Assembly (NCBI GenBank): GCA_964016885.1
Contig: OZ024742.1
Span: forward strand, 172,794,001 to 172,858,000
Length of the DNA: 64,000 nt
Source: Eledone cirrhosa
Lineage: Eukaryota
Direction: 5' to 3'
The translations under genes were made by a program, and so were the position numbers. This document shows positions 26,471 through 37,979 of the stretch, one piece after another (the first letter of the stretch is position 1; every line of letters starts with the position of its first letter). The notes under the pieces were generated by a model, which ran no database searches, was not told where the DNA came from, and saw nothing but the letters and a program-made list of their open reading frames with translations.

Positions 26471-29400
26471 ATTCCTTGAATCTCAGTCATTGATGTTGGT
26501 TAACTGGAAAGTCCGTTGGATTGAATATCAAGCCACTACCTGCAGCATCAGATATTCAGGACGTATCGGAGGGTTCTTGCCGTTCCAAGCAAGCATGCCT
26601 TTTGAAGCGTTCCAAAAAGCGTGAAGGGGCCGATTTTCTTTAACCATCCCTGGAAACCTTTGGAGATAGTCCCCAGTGCGCCTATGACAATCGGGATCAC
26701 TTTGACTTCATGGCAGTTCCAAATCCTTTTCACCTCCCACTTTAGGTCCTGGTATCGGTTAATTTTCTCCCTCTCCTTCTCTTGCACTCTCGTGTCGAAC
26801 GGGCAGGCCACATCCACAATCAGGCACGATCTTTTTTCTTTGTCCACAACCACCAGGTCAGGTCTATTGTGTTCCAGTTTTTTGTCCGTCTGTATCCTAA
26901 AATCCCACAGCACCTTCACCTGACTGTTCTCCATCACCGCCTCTGGCCTATGCTCATACCATTTCTCAGAATGTGGTAGATTGTTTACTTTGCACAGGTG
27001 CCAGTGGATCACCCTGCCCATCACATCGTGTCTCCAGCCCTTATAGTGGGTCTGGGCTAGGTGTTTACACTCGGACACAATGTGAGCTACAGTCTCCTCT
27101 CTCTCTCCACAGATCCTGCACAGTGGGCTAGCCTCCTCCTTGTAGATATGGTGCTTCAACCACTTCGTTTTGAGGGCCTGCTCCTGCGCAGCCATTAGCA
27201 TTCCTTCTGTAGCCTTTTTGAGGTCTCCTCTTCTCAACCAGTTCCATGTCTGTGGATCTCTAAATTCAGTTTTCTCAAAGAAGGTACTATGAAGGGATTT
27301 TCCCTTAAGGCTGCTCTTCCTCCTTGATGTTATTTCCTCCTTGGGTATCCCCTGGCCTACTGTCCCCTCCTTCAGTACAGCTCTGAGCATTGGCTCCTTA
27401 CTATAGGTCACGTATTTGTATAGGTTGTTTTTCTCCATCTGAACACAGTCCTCTATGCTGATAAGACCTCTTCCACCCTCAGATCTCCTTAGGTAGAGTC
27501 TATCGACATCACTCCTCTTGTGGAACATGTTGTAGATAGTCAATAGCTTCCTAGTCTTCCTATCCATTTCTTTTTGTTCAGCAACATTCCATCTCAGAAT
27601 TCCCGCACTGTACCTAATAATAGACACAGCTCGGGAATTTACTGCGCTTATGGCATTTCTGCTGTTCAGATGTGACTTCAATACGCTCCTTACTCTCCGA
27701 ATGTATTCAGTTCTTAACAATTCCTTCATTTTTTTGTTCTTTATGCCATCAGCCTCCAGAACGCCCAAATACTTGTATCCTTCCTCAGAGTCAATTTCCT
27801 TTATCATCTCACCTGTTGGTATCTGGATCCCGTTACTTCTGCTCAACCTACCCCTCCTCATCACAATGACTCCACATTTACCAATACCAAACTGCATACA
27901 TATATCACTGCTGAAAATACGGACAGTGTCAACAAGCACATCCAACTCCTTCTCACTTTTCCCGAAGAGCTTAAGATCGTCCATGAAGAGGAGGTGATTG
28001 ATGGTAAGCTCTCGCCTTCCCAACTTGTATCCTGCTCTCACTTTTCGCAGCATAATGGTCAAGGGCATCAGGGCAAGGACAAACAACAGAGGGGACAGTC
28101 TATCTCCCTGGAAGATACCTCTCTTGATCTTCACGCTTCCCAAGGATACTCCAGTTGATGTCAACTCTGTCTCCCAGGACCCCATACTCCTGCCCAGCAA
28201 CTGTCTGATGTTATCTGCCACCCTGAAGATCTCCAGGCTTTTGGTGATCCAGGAATGAGGCACCATGTCAAATGCCTTTCTGTAGTCTATCCATCCCATG
28301 GCAAGATCAGTGTGTCTCCTCCTGCAATTCCCCATTACCATCTTATCAATAAGCAACTGGTCCTTTGTACCACGTGACTTCTTTCGGCATCCTTTCTGTT
28401 CGTCCGGCAACAAGTTGTTTGTGTGGAGGTGATGGTAGATTTCCTCAGACACAATGCTCGTCAACAGTTTCCACATTACGGGCAGACATGTGATAGGTCT
28501 ATAGTTGGTAACATCATTACCCTTGATTCGGTCTTTCATTATCAGAACTGTGGTACCTTTTGTCAACCACTCTGGCACCTCACCCGACACCAAGCATTCA
28601 TTGAACATGGCCGTCAGCTTCGGGTGGAGGGATGTTAAATGTTTAATCCAATACCCCTGCACACCATCTGGGCCTGGTGATTTCCAGTTGGTTAGTTTTT
28701 TGGCTTGCCCCTTAAGAGTTTCAACTGTGATACTCAAATCAGTCTGTTGCTGTGCCTGCTCACCGATCTCCCTCTGTACTGTCTCAATCCACCCTGCCTG
28801 GGCATTGTGTCTAACATCCTGCTCCCATATTCCTCTCCAGAATGTTTTAGCTTGTTCCGCCCCAGGGATCAAGTCGGTGCCTCTTTCTTTCCCCTCAAGC
28901 TGTCCAAACAGCATCTTCTGGTTGTTGTCGAACATGCGGTTCTGTTTATACTGACTGACTCTGTTCTCGTATCGCCTGATTTTGGCACTCTTTGCTACAA
29001 TGCGTTGCTTCAATTCCTCTATGATAATGTTTAGCTTTTTACTCCTAGTTTTGTATTTTATTTCCAGTCTATTTTTAGTGCCTATGTTTTTTAGTGTCCC
29101 ATTCAGTAGTGACTCAAGCTTTCCTATGTCATTTCTCATTTCCCCGATTTGCCCACTCAGTCGCTTCTTCCACCACGGCTCTGCTCTTTCTTGTCTGTTG
29201 TTTCCTCTCGCTTTTATACCAAGTAGTTTCCTCACCGTATTTGCTGTTGCTTTGAGGATATTGTTGCACTGGTGAAGACTCCTCGCCTCAAGGTATGGGA
29301 TGACTTTGTTTACCTTAGCTGTTGTTTCTTTTAACTTTTTCCTGTCTACAAATCTTAGGTTCATAGGTCTCCCACTATCATTGTTCAACTCATCTACCAC

Positions 29401-30075
29401 TAAATTTAGGATGTCAACCGAATCTTGTCCTAGCCCGTCAGCATTCATCTCCTCAGTGGCCGTATCTCTGTTCCAGGTATTATTTATCTCAGTATTCAGA
29501 TCATTGTCTGCATCGGGTGGTTCCTCCGCTCTCAGGACCTCCTCACCTTCATTTCCCGCCGGCTCGCTTGTCTGGCATACTACACCCACCATCTCCAAGC
29601 CATTCTCTCTGCTCAGTTCCTCCAGTTCCAGCTCGCTTATCCACCCATTAGTTCTTATTACCCGAGCCTGCCCGGCCAATTTTTGTTCATCTAATTTAAA
29701 TAAACCAATCTCGTTCCAGATGTTATGCATCCGTCTCCTGTAGCCCCTCTCCTTGGGGTTACTTTTCAGGTAGCATTGCATAACAGTTCTATTCAATTCT
29801 TTCGTCCAGTTGGTTCTGGCCCCTTTCCTTCTTCTTCTTCCTCCAACATCAGCAGTATTTCGTTGACAGTCAGGTTCCTGCTGCTGAGCCAGGGGGCACC
29901 TGTTGGGTGAGAGTCTGTCACATGACGTTCTAGTCTCCATTTCACCGTTATTCGAACTGTTTATGTTCGATATTTAAACACTCTTATCGAGGATTGGCGA
30001 ATGTATGTTTACATAGCCATCTGTGGATCCGCCATCCCACTTGGCCCTTGTGTGGCATTATCACCACGCTGTATA
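26465..30075 (-). mobile_element. Full-length R4/Dong-type non-LTR retrotransposon, family R4-1
   Basis: Single long ORF, 3' UTR of about 80 nt ending in (TAA)n, short 5' UTR; the 5' boundary is approximate. Confidence 0.9.
26548..29940 (-). CDS. Intact 1130-aa polyprotein: reverse transcriptase, CCHC zinc knuckle and restriction-like endonuclease
   Basis: NYRPITCL, EQKGC, IDYRKAFD, GIFQGD.LSPLLF, HLLFMDDLKL, YKYLG (RT); CRICGEREETVAHIVSEC (CCHC); RHD, RPDLVVVD..IVDVACP..EKINRY (PD-(D/E)xK); no stops. Confidence 0.95.
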   Translation of the reverse strand: METRTSCDRLSPNRCPLAQQQEPDCQRNTADVGGRRRRKGARTNWTKELNRTVMQCYLKSNPKERGYRRRMHNIWNEIGLFKLDEQKLAGQARVIRTNGWISELELEELSRENGLEMVGVVCQTSEPAGNEGEEVLRAEEPPDADNDLNTEINNTWNRDTATEEMNADGLGQDSVDILNLVVDELNNDSGRPMNLRFVDRKKLKETTAKVNKVIPYLEARSLHQCNNILKATANTVRKLLGIKARGNNRQERAEPWWKKRLSGQIGEMRNDIGKLESLLNGTLKNIGTKNRLEIKYKTRSKKLNIIIEELKQRIVAKSAKIRRYENRVSQYKQNRMFDNNQKMLFGQLEGKERGTDLIPGAEQAKTFWRGIWEQDVRHNAQAGWIETVQREIGEQAQQQTDLSITVETLKGQAKKLTNWKSPGPDGVQGYWIKHLTSLHPKLTAMFNECLVSGEVPEWLTKGTTVLIMKDRIKGNDVTNYRPITCLPVMWKLLTSIVSEEIYHHLHTNNLLPDEQKGCRKKSRGTKDQLLIDKMVMGNCRRRHTDLAMGWIDYRKAFDMVPHSWITKSLEIFRVADNIRQLLGRSMGSWETELTSTGVSLGSVKIKRGIFQGDRLSPLLFVLALMPLTIMLRKVRAGYKLGRRELTINHLLFMDDLKLFGKSEKELDVLVDTVRIFSSDICMQFGIGKCGVIVMRRGRLSRSNGIQIPTGEMIKEIDSEEGYKYLGVLEADGIKNKKMKELLRTEYIRRVRSVLKSHLNSRNAISAVNSRAVSIIRYSAGILRWNVAEQKEMDRKTRKLLTIYNMFHKRSDVDRLYLRRSEGGRGLISIEDCVQMEKNNLYKYVTYSKEPMLRAVLKEGTVGQGIPKEEITSRRKSSLKGKSLHSTFFEKTEFRDPQTWNWLRRGDLKKATEGMLMAAQEQALKTKWLKHHIYKEEASPLCRICGEREETVAHIVSECKHLAQTHYKGWRHDVMGRVIHWHLCKVNNLPHSEKWYEHRPEAVMENSQVKVLWDFRIQTDKKLEHNRPDLVVVDKEKRSCLIVDVACPFDTRVQEKEREKINRYQDLKWEVKRIWNCHEVKVIPIVIGALGTISKGFQGWLKKIGPFTLFGTLQKACLLGTARTLRYVLNI

Positions 30076-31039
30076 CGGACACACATAAACAAACAAACAC
30101 ACGGGCAGAAAGGGCCCCAAAAATGAATAAGCATAAGTTTCATTGTAATGTAGTATTCGAATGTCTGACTTAGTTTTTGTTTTTTAAGTTTTACTTTTTC
30201 CCCCTCTTCTCTGTCCGTCCACCTGCTTCTCTCTTCATTCTTATTTTCTTTACGTTTCTGGGGTTTCTTTTTTTGTTTTTGTTTTTCTCTGTTTTTCTCG
30301 TTTTTTACTGTTGTTGCTGTGCTGCTTTTGTTGTTTGTTTTTTCTTTTTTCTTTTGAGTCTATCTATATATTTTGATGCCTTCCTCTTTGTTAGTAGTAG
30401 GAATTCTATAATGTGGAAGTGGTAGCCAGCAGAGACTAGCGGCGTTGGCGATACTGAGACAGTGGTGGCGGTGATGTCGATACCGAGGCAGTGGTGGCGG
30501 TGATGCGACCGTATTACTGTAGTGATGGTGCTGTAGCGGTGGCAGCAGCAGTGAAGGAGTCAGGGGGTGGTGGCGGCGGTGATGGGATAGTGGTGGTAAT
30601 GATGGCCGTAGTGAGCGGTGGCGGTGAAGGTGAAAATGCTGTTGTGTTTAGTGTACACAGATGATGGGGTGGGTGGTGTATCTAGTTTCTGGTGTTGGTG
30701 AGTTTCGCTGTCCTATATAGTGTAGCCAGAGGAGAGGAGGGGGGGGGGTTCTTCTTCTTCCATTTATAGCCATTTTTTTTTGGATATACAGTGTACAATA
30801 CAAAGTTGAATATTTGAATATTTGAGCCTTATAACAATATATTTTGGGTCCGAATTTGTTGGGGCTCAAGCCGGGTGCTTTACGTAGCATTTGTACTAAG
30901 AGTTGTTATTTCACAAATGATTTAAATATGTTAAAAATTCAAAACTTACGGGAGCGATTTCATGACCTCCGTCACCTCGTGCGTCTTCTTATTATTATTA
31001 TTCGTATTATTATTCGTATTATTATTCGTATTATTCTTC

Positions 31040-31080
<41 letters not shown>

Positions 31081-31083
<3 letters not shown>

Positions 31084-34000
31084 GTTGCATTTATCTTGCT
31101 TTATGTTCATACGAGTTATCACCAATTCACAACCAGTGACCTCAAGAGACAACAAGGTCCGCCATGTTCAAGCAAGAACATACATATTCACACATGCATC
31201 TTTAGTGTTTAGACTTGTGATGTACTTATATTGACAGAATCTTCCTTAGTATATGGGCAGTTCCCATTAGTACTATCTTTTGTATTTCTCCTATACGCGG
31301 GTTTCCTGGGATTTGCGATATGTAATCATTAGACCCCTTAGGTATCATTCCCAGAGCGCCTACAACCACTGGTATTGTTTTAGTTCTCAATTTCCACATT
31401 TTTCCAATTTCTATCTCCAGGTCCTTATACTTGCTCAATTTTTCAAATGTTTTTATAGATACATACTTGTCTATTGGAACAGAGATATCAATTAGCAGGC
31501 ATACCCTCTTTTGAGAGTCTTTCAATATTATATCAGGTCTGTTTGCATCTATTTTTCGGTCTGTTTGGATGCTAAAGTTTCACAAGATTGAGATGTGATC
31601 TTTTTCAAGTATGGGAGGTGTTTGATTCTCCCACCAATTCTTTTGATGGGGCAGGTCAAAATGCTTACACATTATCCAATGTATGTATTGTGCAGCTCTG
31701 TCATGCCTGTTTAGGTATTCGGTTGGAGCTATAGGACTGCTCATTGAAATTATATGGTCAATGGTCTCTGGTTGTTTTTTGCATACACGGCATAATGGGC
31801 TGCACCCATTTTTTATTATGTTGGCTTCGTAATTTTTTGTTGGCAGACACTGATCTTGTGCCGATATAATCTGTCCTTCAGTCTCCGATTTCAGTCCAGA
31901 GGATGCCAACCACTGATGGGTTAAAGTTTTGTCAACATCAGGATTGTTAGCTCGCTCTGGGTATTTTCCATACAGAGCCTTTTCTTGCCATTTCTTAGCC
32001 AGTTTCTGTAGCAGTTCTTTCTTTGCAGTTACTTTTACCTGCTTTGCTTATTCTGTGTTTTCCATTTCAGCAGTAAATGGGACTTCTGAAATTTGTAGTC
32101 CATTACTGTATCTTTGTGCATCTTTTGTAATGGAATATGATCTTTTGATGCTTTCGTGTTTCAAAACGAGTTTGATCATCCAATCATGTGATTACCTTAG
32201 ATATGTAGATAATCCAATTGTTGCGGTTTTCAACGCAATGTCTAACTGGATTAACGCACGTCCTCCTTCTTTCCTAGGGAGATATATTCTATCTATATCT
32301 GCTTTAGGGTGATGCATTCTGTGCATGGTTAAGAATTTTCGAATTTTTGTATCGAGCCTACGGATCTCTGTGCTTGACCAGTTGATGACATTGTAACTGT
32401 AGGTTACTACTGGTATGCCAAGCGTGTTTATGGCATCTATCCTATTCCTTGCATTCAATTCCGTTCTTAAGATTGCTCTTACTCTGCGGTAACATTCCTT
32501 CCTTATCCTTTCCCTCATTTTCGAGTGCTTGATTCCGTCTCCTTCACAAACACCTAGATATTTGTAAGTTTTTTCTTGATCAAGTTCTCTTATCACGTTC
32601 CCCCGATCAAGATTAATGTCTGAACTCTTCAGCAGCTTTCCTCTGGTGAACGTTGCTTTGACGCGCATTTATCTGTCCAAACTCCATTTTAATGTCATCA
32701 CTGAACTGCTCCACAGTGGATAATAGCCCTTGCAATTGTTCATCATTTTTTGCAAATAGTTTTAGGTCATCCATGTAGAACAGGTGATTAATGGTTTTGT
32801 CATAGACTTTATATCCATGTTTTGTTTCATTGAGCATTTTACTTAATGGTATAAGTGCGATGCAGAATAAAAGCGGTGATAAAGAGTTACCCTGAAAAAT
32901 TCCACACTTAATATTAACTTCTCCAGCTTCCAGTGATTTTGTTTCACTATTCAAAAGGAGTGTCGTTTTCCATGTCTTCATACTGAATGATAAAAACTTC
33001 CTGACAACGGGGGATACTTTGAAAATCTCTAAACATTTTTCAATCCAACTGTGTGGCAAACTATCAAATGCTTTTTTATAATCTATCCAAGCAATCGATA
33101 GATTTTTGTGTCTATTATGACAATCTTCCAGTATCATTTTGTTAACAAGAAGCTGATCCTTACAGCCATATGAGCCTCGTTTACACCCTTTCTGTTCAAT
33201 GGGAAAAAGGTCATTTGTTATCAGGTGGTCATATGTGTATTCAGTTAGGACTGATGTTAAAATTTTATACATTGTTGTCAAGTAAGTTATCGGTCTATAA
33301 TTTTTGGGATTGTTTGTCTCATCATTCTTCGGAAGCAGGAATGTAATGCCGCTAACTATCCATGAAGGTATCTTTTCTGGCTCCTTAACTATTTCATTGT
33401 AAAGTTGGGCTAACAGCTCATGAGACTCTGTGAAGGCATTTATCCAAAAGTTTTGTATTTTGTCTTTTCCTGGGGATTTCCATTTGCTGGTTTTTCTTAG
33501 AGCCAAGCGCAACTCTTCAACTGTTATATTTTCCCATGATTGTTCCTCAAGGTGAGCTGTATCTTTCATTTGTCTGTCTGTCCATGGGGCATGTATGTTA
33601 TGAGCTTTTTCTTCGGCCCAGATCTTTTCCCAGAATGATTGCACTTACTCCTTGGGTGGTATTGATTTAGCAGTTATTGTTGACTTACCAATTTTTCTGT
33701 AGAAGTTTCTTTGGTTGTTTTTGAACATATTATTGTCCTTATAGAATCTAGATCGTTTTTCAAAGCGCCTTATACGAGCAGCTTTGGCCGACACTTTTTG
33801 CTTGATTATTTCTATCAGCATGTCTATGTCACTTGTTGATTTTATACTGTACTTTCTTTACAATTTTCTAAGTTTAGTTTGTTTAACATTTTCACCTACT
33901 TTATAATTTGTTAAAATTTCAATGTCAGATCGGAGAAGGTTTATTTGGCGATTGATGTTCTCTTGCCAAGTAGATTTCTTGTGGGAATTCCTTTGTTTTT

Positions 34001-35035
34001 TCATCTTCACTCCACATAAGTGAGTGGTGACTTTAGCCGATGCATAATAGAGATGATTTAAATCAGTAATGTTTAGTTTGTTTGTGATGATAATGTTTTT
34101 GAGAATTATGTTAGTCTTGTGTATTATCTTTTGGTTCTGTTTGGAGTTCTGGATCTTAGGGAGGTTGTCTCGTTGCCCCATGTCAGATTCTTTCATTTTC
34201 ATCCATTCGATCATAATTTCATCCTTCAAGTTGGCAAGTTCATTCTCATGTATTTCTTTATCATTTACGATCTCATTATTTTCATTTCGAGTTTCATCTT
34301 GAGCATGCACTCCCTCCACTTTTTCGATCCTTTCTTCAATTTGTTCTGTTGCCTGTGATTCCGCCCCAACCCTGGGATTCGAAGTGTTACAATTTACCTC
34401 GTTTTCACTGACACATGTTTCATTTTCCCTTCGCTGACTTTGTGCTAATAGCTTGATCTGATCAATTTCTATATCAGTTAGTAAATTTGTTCTTACAATA
34501 TTTCTTCGTATATTGGCTAGTTTGTTACTGTCAATATAGCCTCTGTTTTCGGGATGTTTATTTTTCCAGTTGATATATGTCTGTTCTGTATTCGATGTAT
34601 TTGATGGGTAGTACATGGCAGTGTAGAAAGCCTCAAGGACTTCTTTATTATCTTCCCTTGACTATTTTTCTCTCTTTTTCTTTGGATTTCTTGGTGGTGA
34701 GCATGGAAGGCCAACAGTAGGCGTATTCCGGTTATGGGAGGTCTCCAGCTCCGAAGTGATGGGAAGGTTTTAACCATTAGCTGATTTTTCGACCCCAGTC
34801 TGGTTCCTCTCTGAGGGACGCGGCCCTTTTTTACCCGGTTGACGGCCGATCCGGTATGAGATTTTATCATTAGATATTTACTTTATTTTGTCGCGTTTTA
34901 TCCTTATCTGCCAAAGGGTAATCATATCGTGTTACCACTTCTAGAACGAGTGTCAACCAAGACTAGAGGGTTCGTTCTCCCCTAGAGCGACGGCTATTCC
35001 CCGCCGGCCGCCATCCCGGTATTTCTTGGTCACGG
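31081..35035 (-). mobile_element. Near full-length decayed R4/Dong-type element, family R4-2
   Basis: The 3' end abuts (TAT)n at 30990-31080; ORF fragments span 31226-34870. Confidence 0.88.
31226..34870 (-). pseudogene. RT-RLE polyprotein pseudogene (R4-2)
   Basis: Pieces 33858-34616, 32613-33644 (NYRPIT, IDYKKAFD, HLFYMDD), 32192-32668, 31580-31909 (CRVC..ETIDHI, RHD) and 31226-31525 (LIDISVP..EKLSKY); frameshifts and stops. Confidence 0.9.
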
Positions 35036-35593
35036 GGTTTTCTTTTTGTTGTTGTTTTTTTAAATTGTTATTATCATGAGTGGTTCCTTAATGTGAGAAT
35101 TGCGTGGCTTAAGAATGAAATTATTAATAACCGTCTCCACTCCAGGCACAAGGCCAGCAATCACCCAGTGCATTACAATAATATAATATACTTTTTGCTG
35201 AAGTTGCCTGTTATTGTTGTTGGCTATGTCGGTGGTGGTGCTGGGGCTTTTTATATTGCTGGTGAGGAAGGGGGGAGCCAGCAGTGCCATAGTTTGTTGA
35301 CGTTTGGCCGGTGGCCAGGTCACTAAGTCAATCTATTTATATATTTTGCTAGCCTCTCCCTTGTCTAATGATACCGCCACCTTCCCCTTTATTAAGTTAA
35401 CAGGGGAACAGTGGTGGTAGCAATGAAGGAGTGGTGGCGGCGGTGATGTGATAGTGGTAGCAATGATGGATGGAGTGGTGGCGGCGTTGGCGTTGTCTTT
35501 ACTGAGTTTTGTGATATGTAGTATATATGAGTTTGTGTCGCCTATGTTTAATATATGTGTTAAATAAACTAGTTTTGTTTGATCTGTAGTATA

Positions 35594-35627
<34 letters not shown>

Positions 35628-35843
35628 GAATGCTATGGTTGACGGAGGCTCGGTTCTGTAAGGTATTGTAAATTATGAACGCTATAACAATTGTAAATTG
35701 TTTAAAACTTTAACGAACTTGTAGACAAAAACACCCTCTTCCTCGTGAGAGGGGTCTTTCTGCGCGTTATTTGGCCCTTCGGGGTTAAATAACTGCTTAT
35801 TGGGATTTGTGCCCAATATTTATTTTAAACAAAAAAAAACAAC

Positions 35844-37944
35844 ATGGCTACGAAAAAGAATTTTCATAGGTCACTCCCACTCATTCCATCTTCTTCTTCC
35901 TCAATCATCACTACAGCAGAGAGAAGATTGTCTCTCTCCCTCCCTTCTTTAAATGTGTCTCTCTCCCTCCCTTCTATTTCGCAAGAGACGAATGAAAAGA
36001 GAAGTCTCGTGCAAAGCGTGCAAGATTTCTCCACGACGACGACGACAACGACGAAACAGGTGTGCGGGAAATACGAAAACCCATTTCATTCGTCTGACGT
36101 CAAGAATAATAACAGTAGCAGCCGTAATAACAACAGCAACAGTGACAATGAAAAGAACAGTAGCAGCCGCAACAGCATCACCAGCAGCATAAACAACAAC
36201 AGCATTAGCAGTAGCAACACCAACAACAACCACAGCAACAGCGGCGGAGGCAGTAGTCGTAGTATCTGCAGCAACAACAAAAGTAACAGCAGCTATGACG
36301 ACAACAACAACAACAGCAGCAAAGAAAAACCAATCTTATTTGCAGGTACTGCGAAAAACCTGGAAATATTCCTCATAACAAATGAGGAATTAGAGGAAGC
36401 GAAGAAGATGGTGACAAAGACTGGACACCGAGCAATCTGCAAGGCAGAGGAAACATTTTTCGAAACCCTACAGCACTGTACGGTCACGTACCGTACAGTA
36501 AGTACAAAATCCCGTAGGGTTGAAAGAGCCACAGAGGCTCAAATACAAACAGTCTTGGGGTCTGTGTGGCAGTGGAAAACGCACATCACCCGAGGCAAAA
36601 AATATGCCACCGTAGACGTACATTTTGCCACACCCCAGGAAGCAAAGGCTCAATCCGTAGTGACCCTAAGGAGCGAGGAAATGGTGTTGGTGCCCTCCTA
36701 CTGCGGGCAAAAAATTGTGAGGGTCAAACTGACCCGCGTCCCCCCCGGAATGGCCCCTTCTTGGCTGGCCGCGTCTGTCCTCATCGGAATCGAGGACAAA
36801 ACAACTGTACTGCAAGTACAGAAAAAAGTAAGAGAAGATTGGGTCGGCACCTCCATTGAGATGTTACTACAAACCAACCAGGAGTGCATCGAAGCTATCC
36901 CGGATGTGATAGACTTCAATAACGGCACTCAACTGCCCATAAGTGTTGAGGGCAAACGCCCGAAATGCTTTCGCTGTGGATCGAAGACTCACCTCAGGGC
37001 CTTCTGCAACGAGAAGACCCTGAGAAAGGAGAAAACCCCCCTCCTTCCGAAACCGGCTCCACGGCTACCAGCAACAGGACAAGCGGCAACCAGGAACGAT
37101 AGGTCCGTGGCACACATACCCACGCCAGGGAAATTAAAAACAGCAGCAGCAGTGGAAATATTAACAACAACAACAGCAATACCAAATGCAGCTGCAACAG
37201 AGACTCCAGTGCAAACATCACCAACAACAACTAGTGAAAGAGTGGAGCTGGTACCCCTCCCCGACCTCACATAATCAGACATGGAGTGTGAGGTGGGAGA
37301 AGGATGGCAAAAGGTCGTAAGAAGGCACAAACGCAGAAGCAGCGCATCGTCCCCTTTGAAAGGGAGGAAAGAAATGAGAAAAGGGTAAAGTCTACTGCAA
37401 AGAGACTTACAGCAGCAACACCACCAACACCATCACCAACCACACTAGCACCACCATCACCACCGGCGACAACTCCACCGCCAACAACACCTTCAACACC
37501 ACCACCAGAAGCACCAACATCGCAAACACAACAACAAAACACACACACCCAGCAACAGCGACAAGAAAATAGCAGAACCACACCCACCCCCAGAAAAACA
37601 AATGCACGGCAATAAATACACACAACAAGAAACTAATGACTTACATAATTGAACACGCTGACATTTCACAACACGACTACATAATACCAGCACCAATCAA
37701 AACGCCAACTAACATAAGACTGCTAAAAATAGCACAGAAACAATACACAAACATTAAAACGAAATTACCCAACGCAGTTGGTGATTTCAGGGACCTAGGA
37801 GGAACTATCAATCGAAGAGTATATTCGGACATACTCATAGAAGAGCCGACGACCAGCCGAAAGGACGATTCAACGGTCCCTTCACCAGACGATCAAGTGA
37901 AAAGGGATATAAAAACCATCCCTCCTCTACGAAAAGTACGGTAG
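35844..37944 (+). pseudogene. LINE ORF1 (gag-like, CCHC zinc knuckle)
   Basis: ORF 35844-37274 contains CFRCGSKTHLRAFC (CX2CX4HX4C) and Asn/Ser- and Thr/Pro-rich stretches; the stop at 37272 is AAA in copy 2, so the ORF probably continued to about 37944. Confidence 0.8.
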
Positions 37945-37979
37945 GTGGTCTTTCCCATCTTGTCCACTCTATTTTAAAC

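Noticed and set aside
29941-30075. HDV-like ribozyme at the R4-1 or R4-2 5' end
   Set aside because: I could not assign P1, P3 and P1.1 consistently by eye; a descriptor search would be needed.
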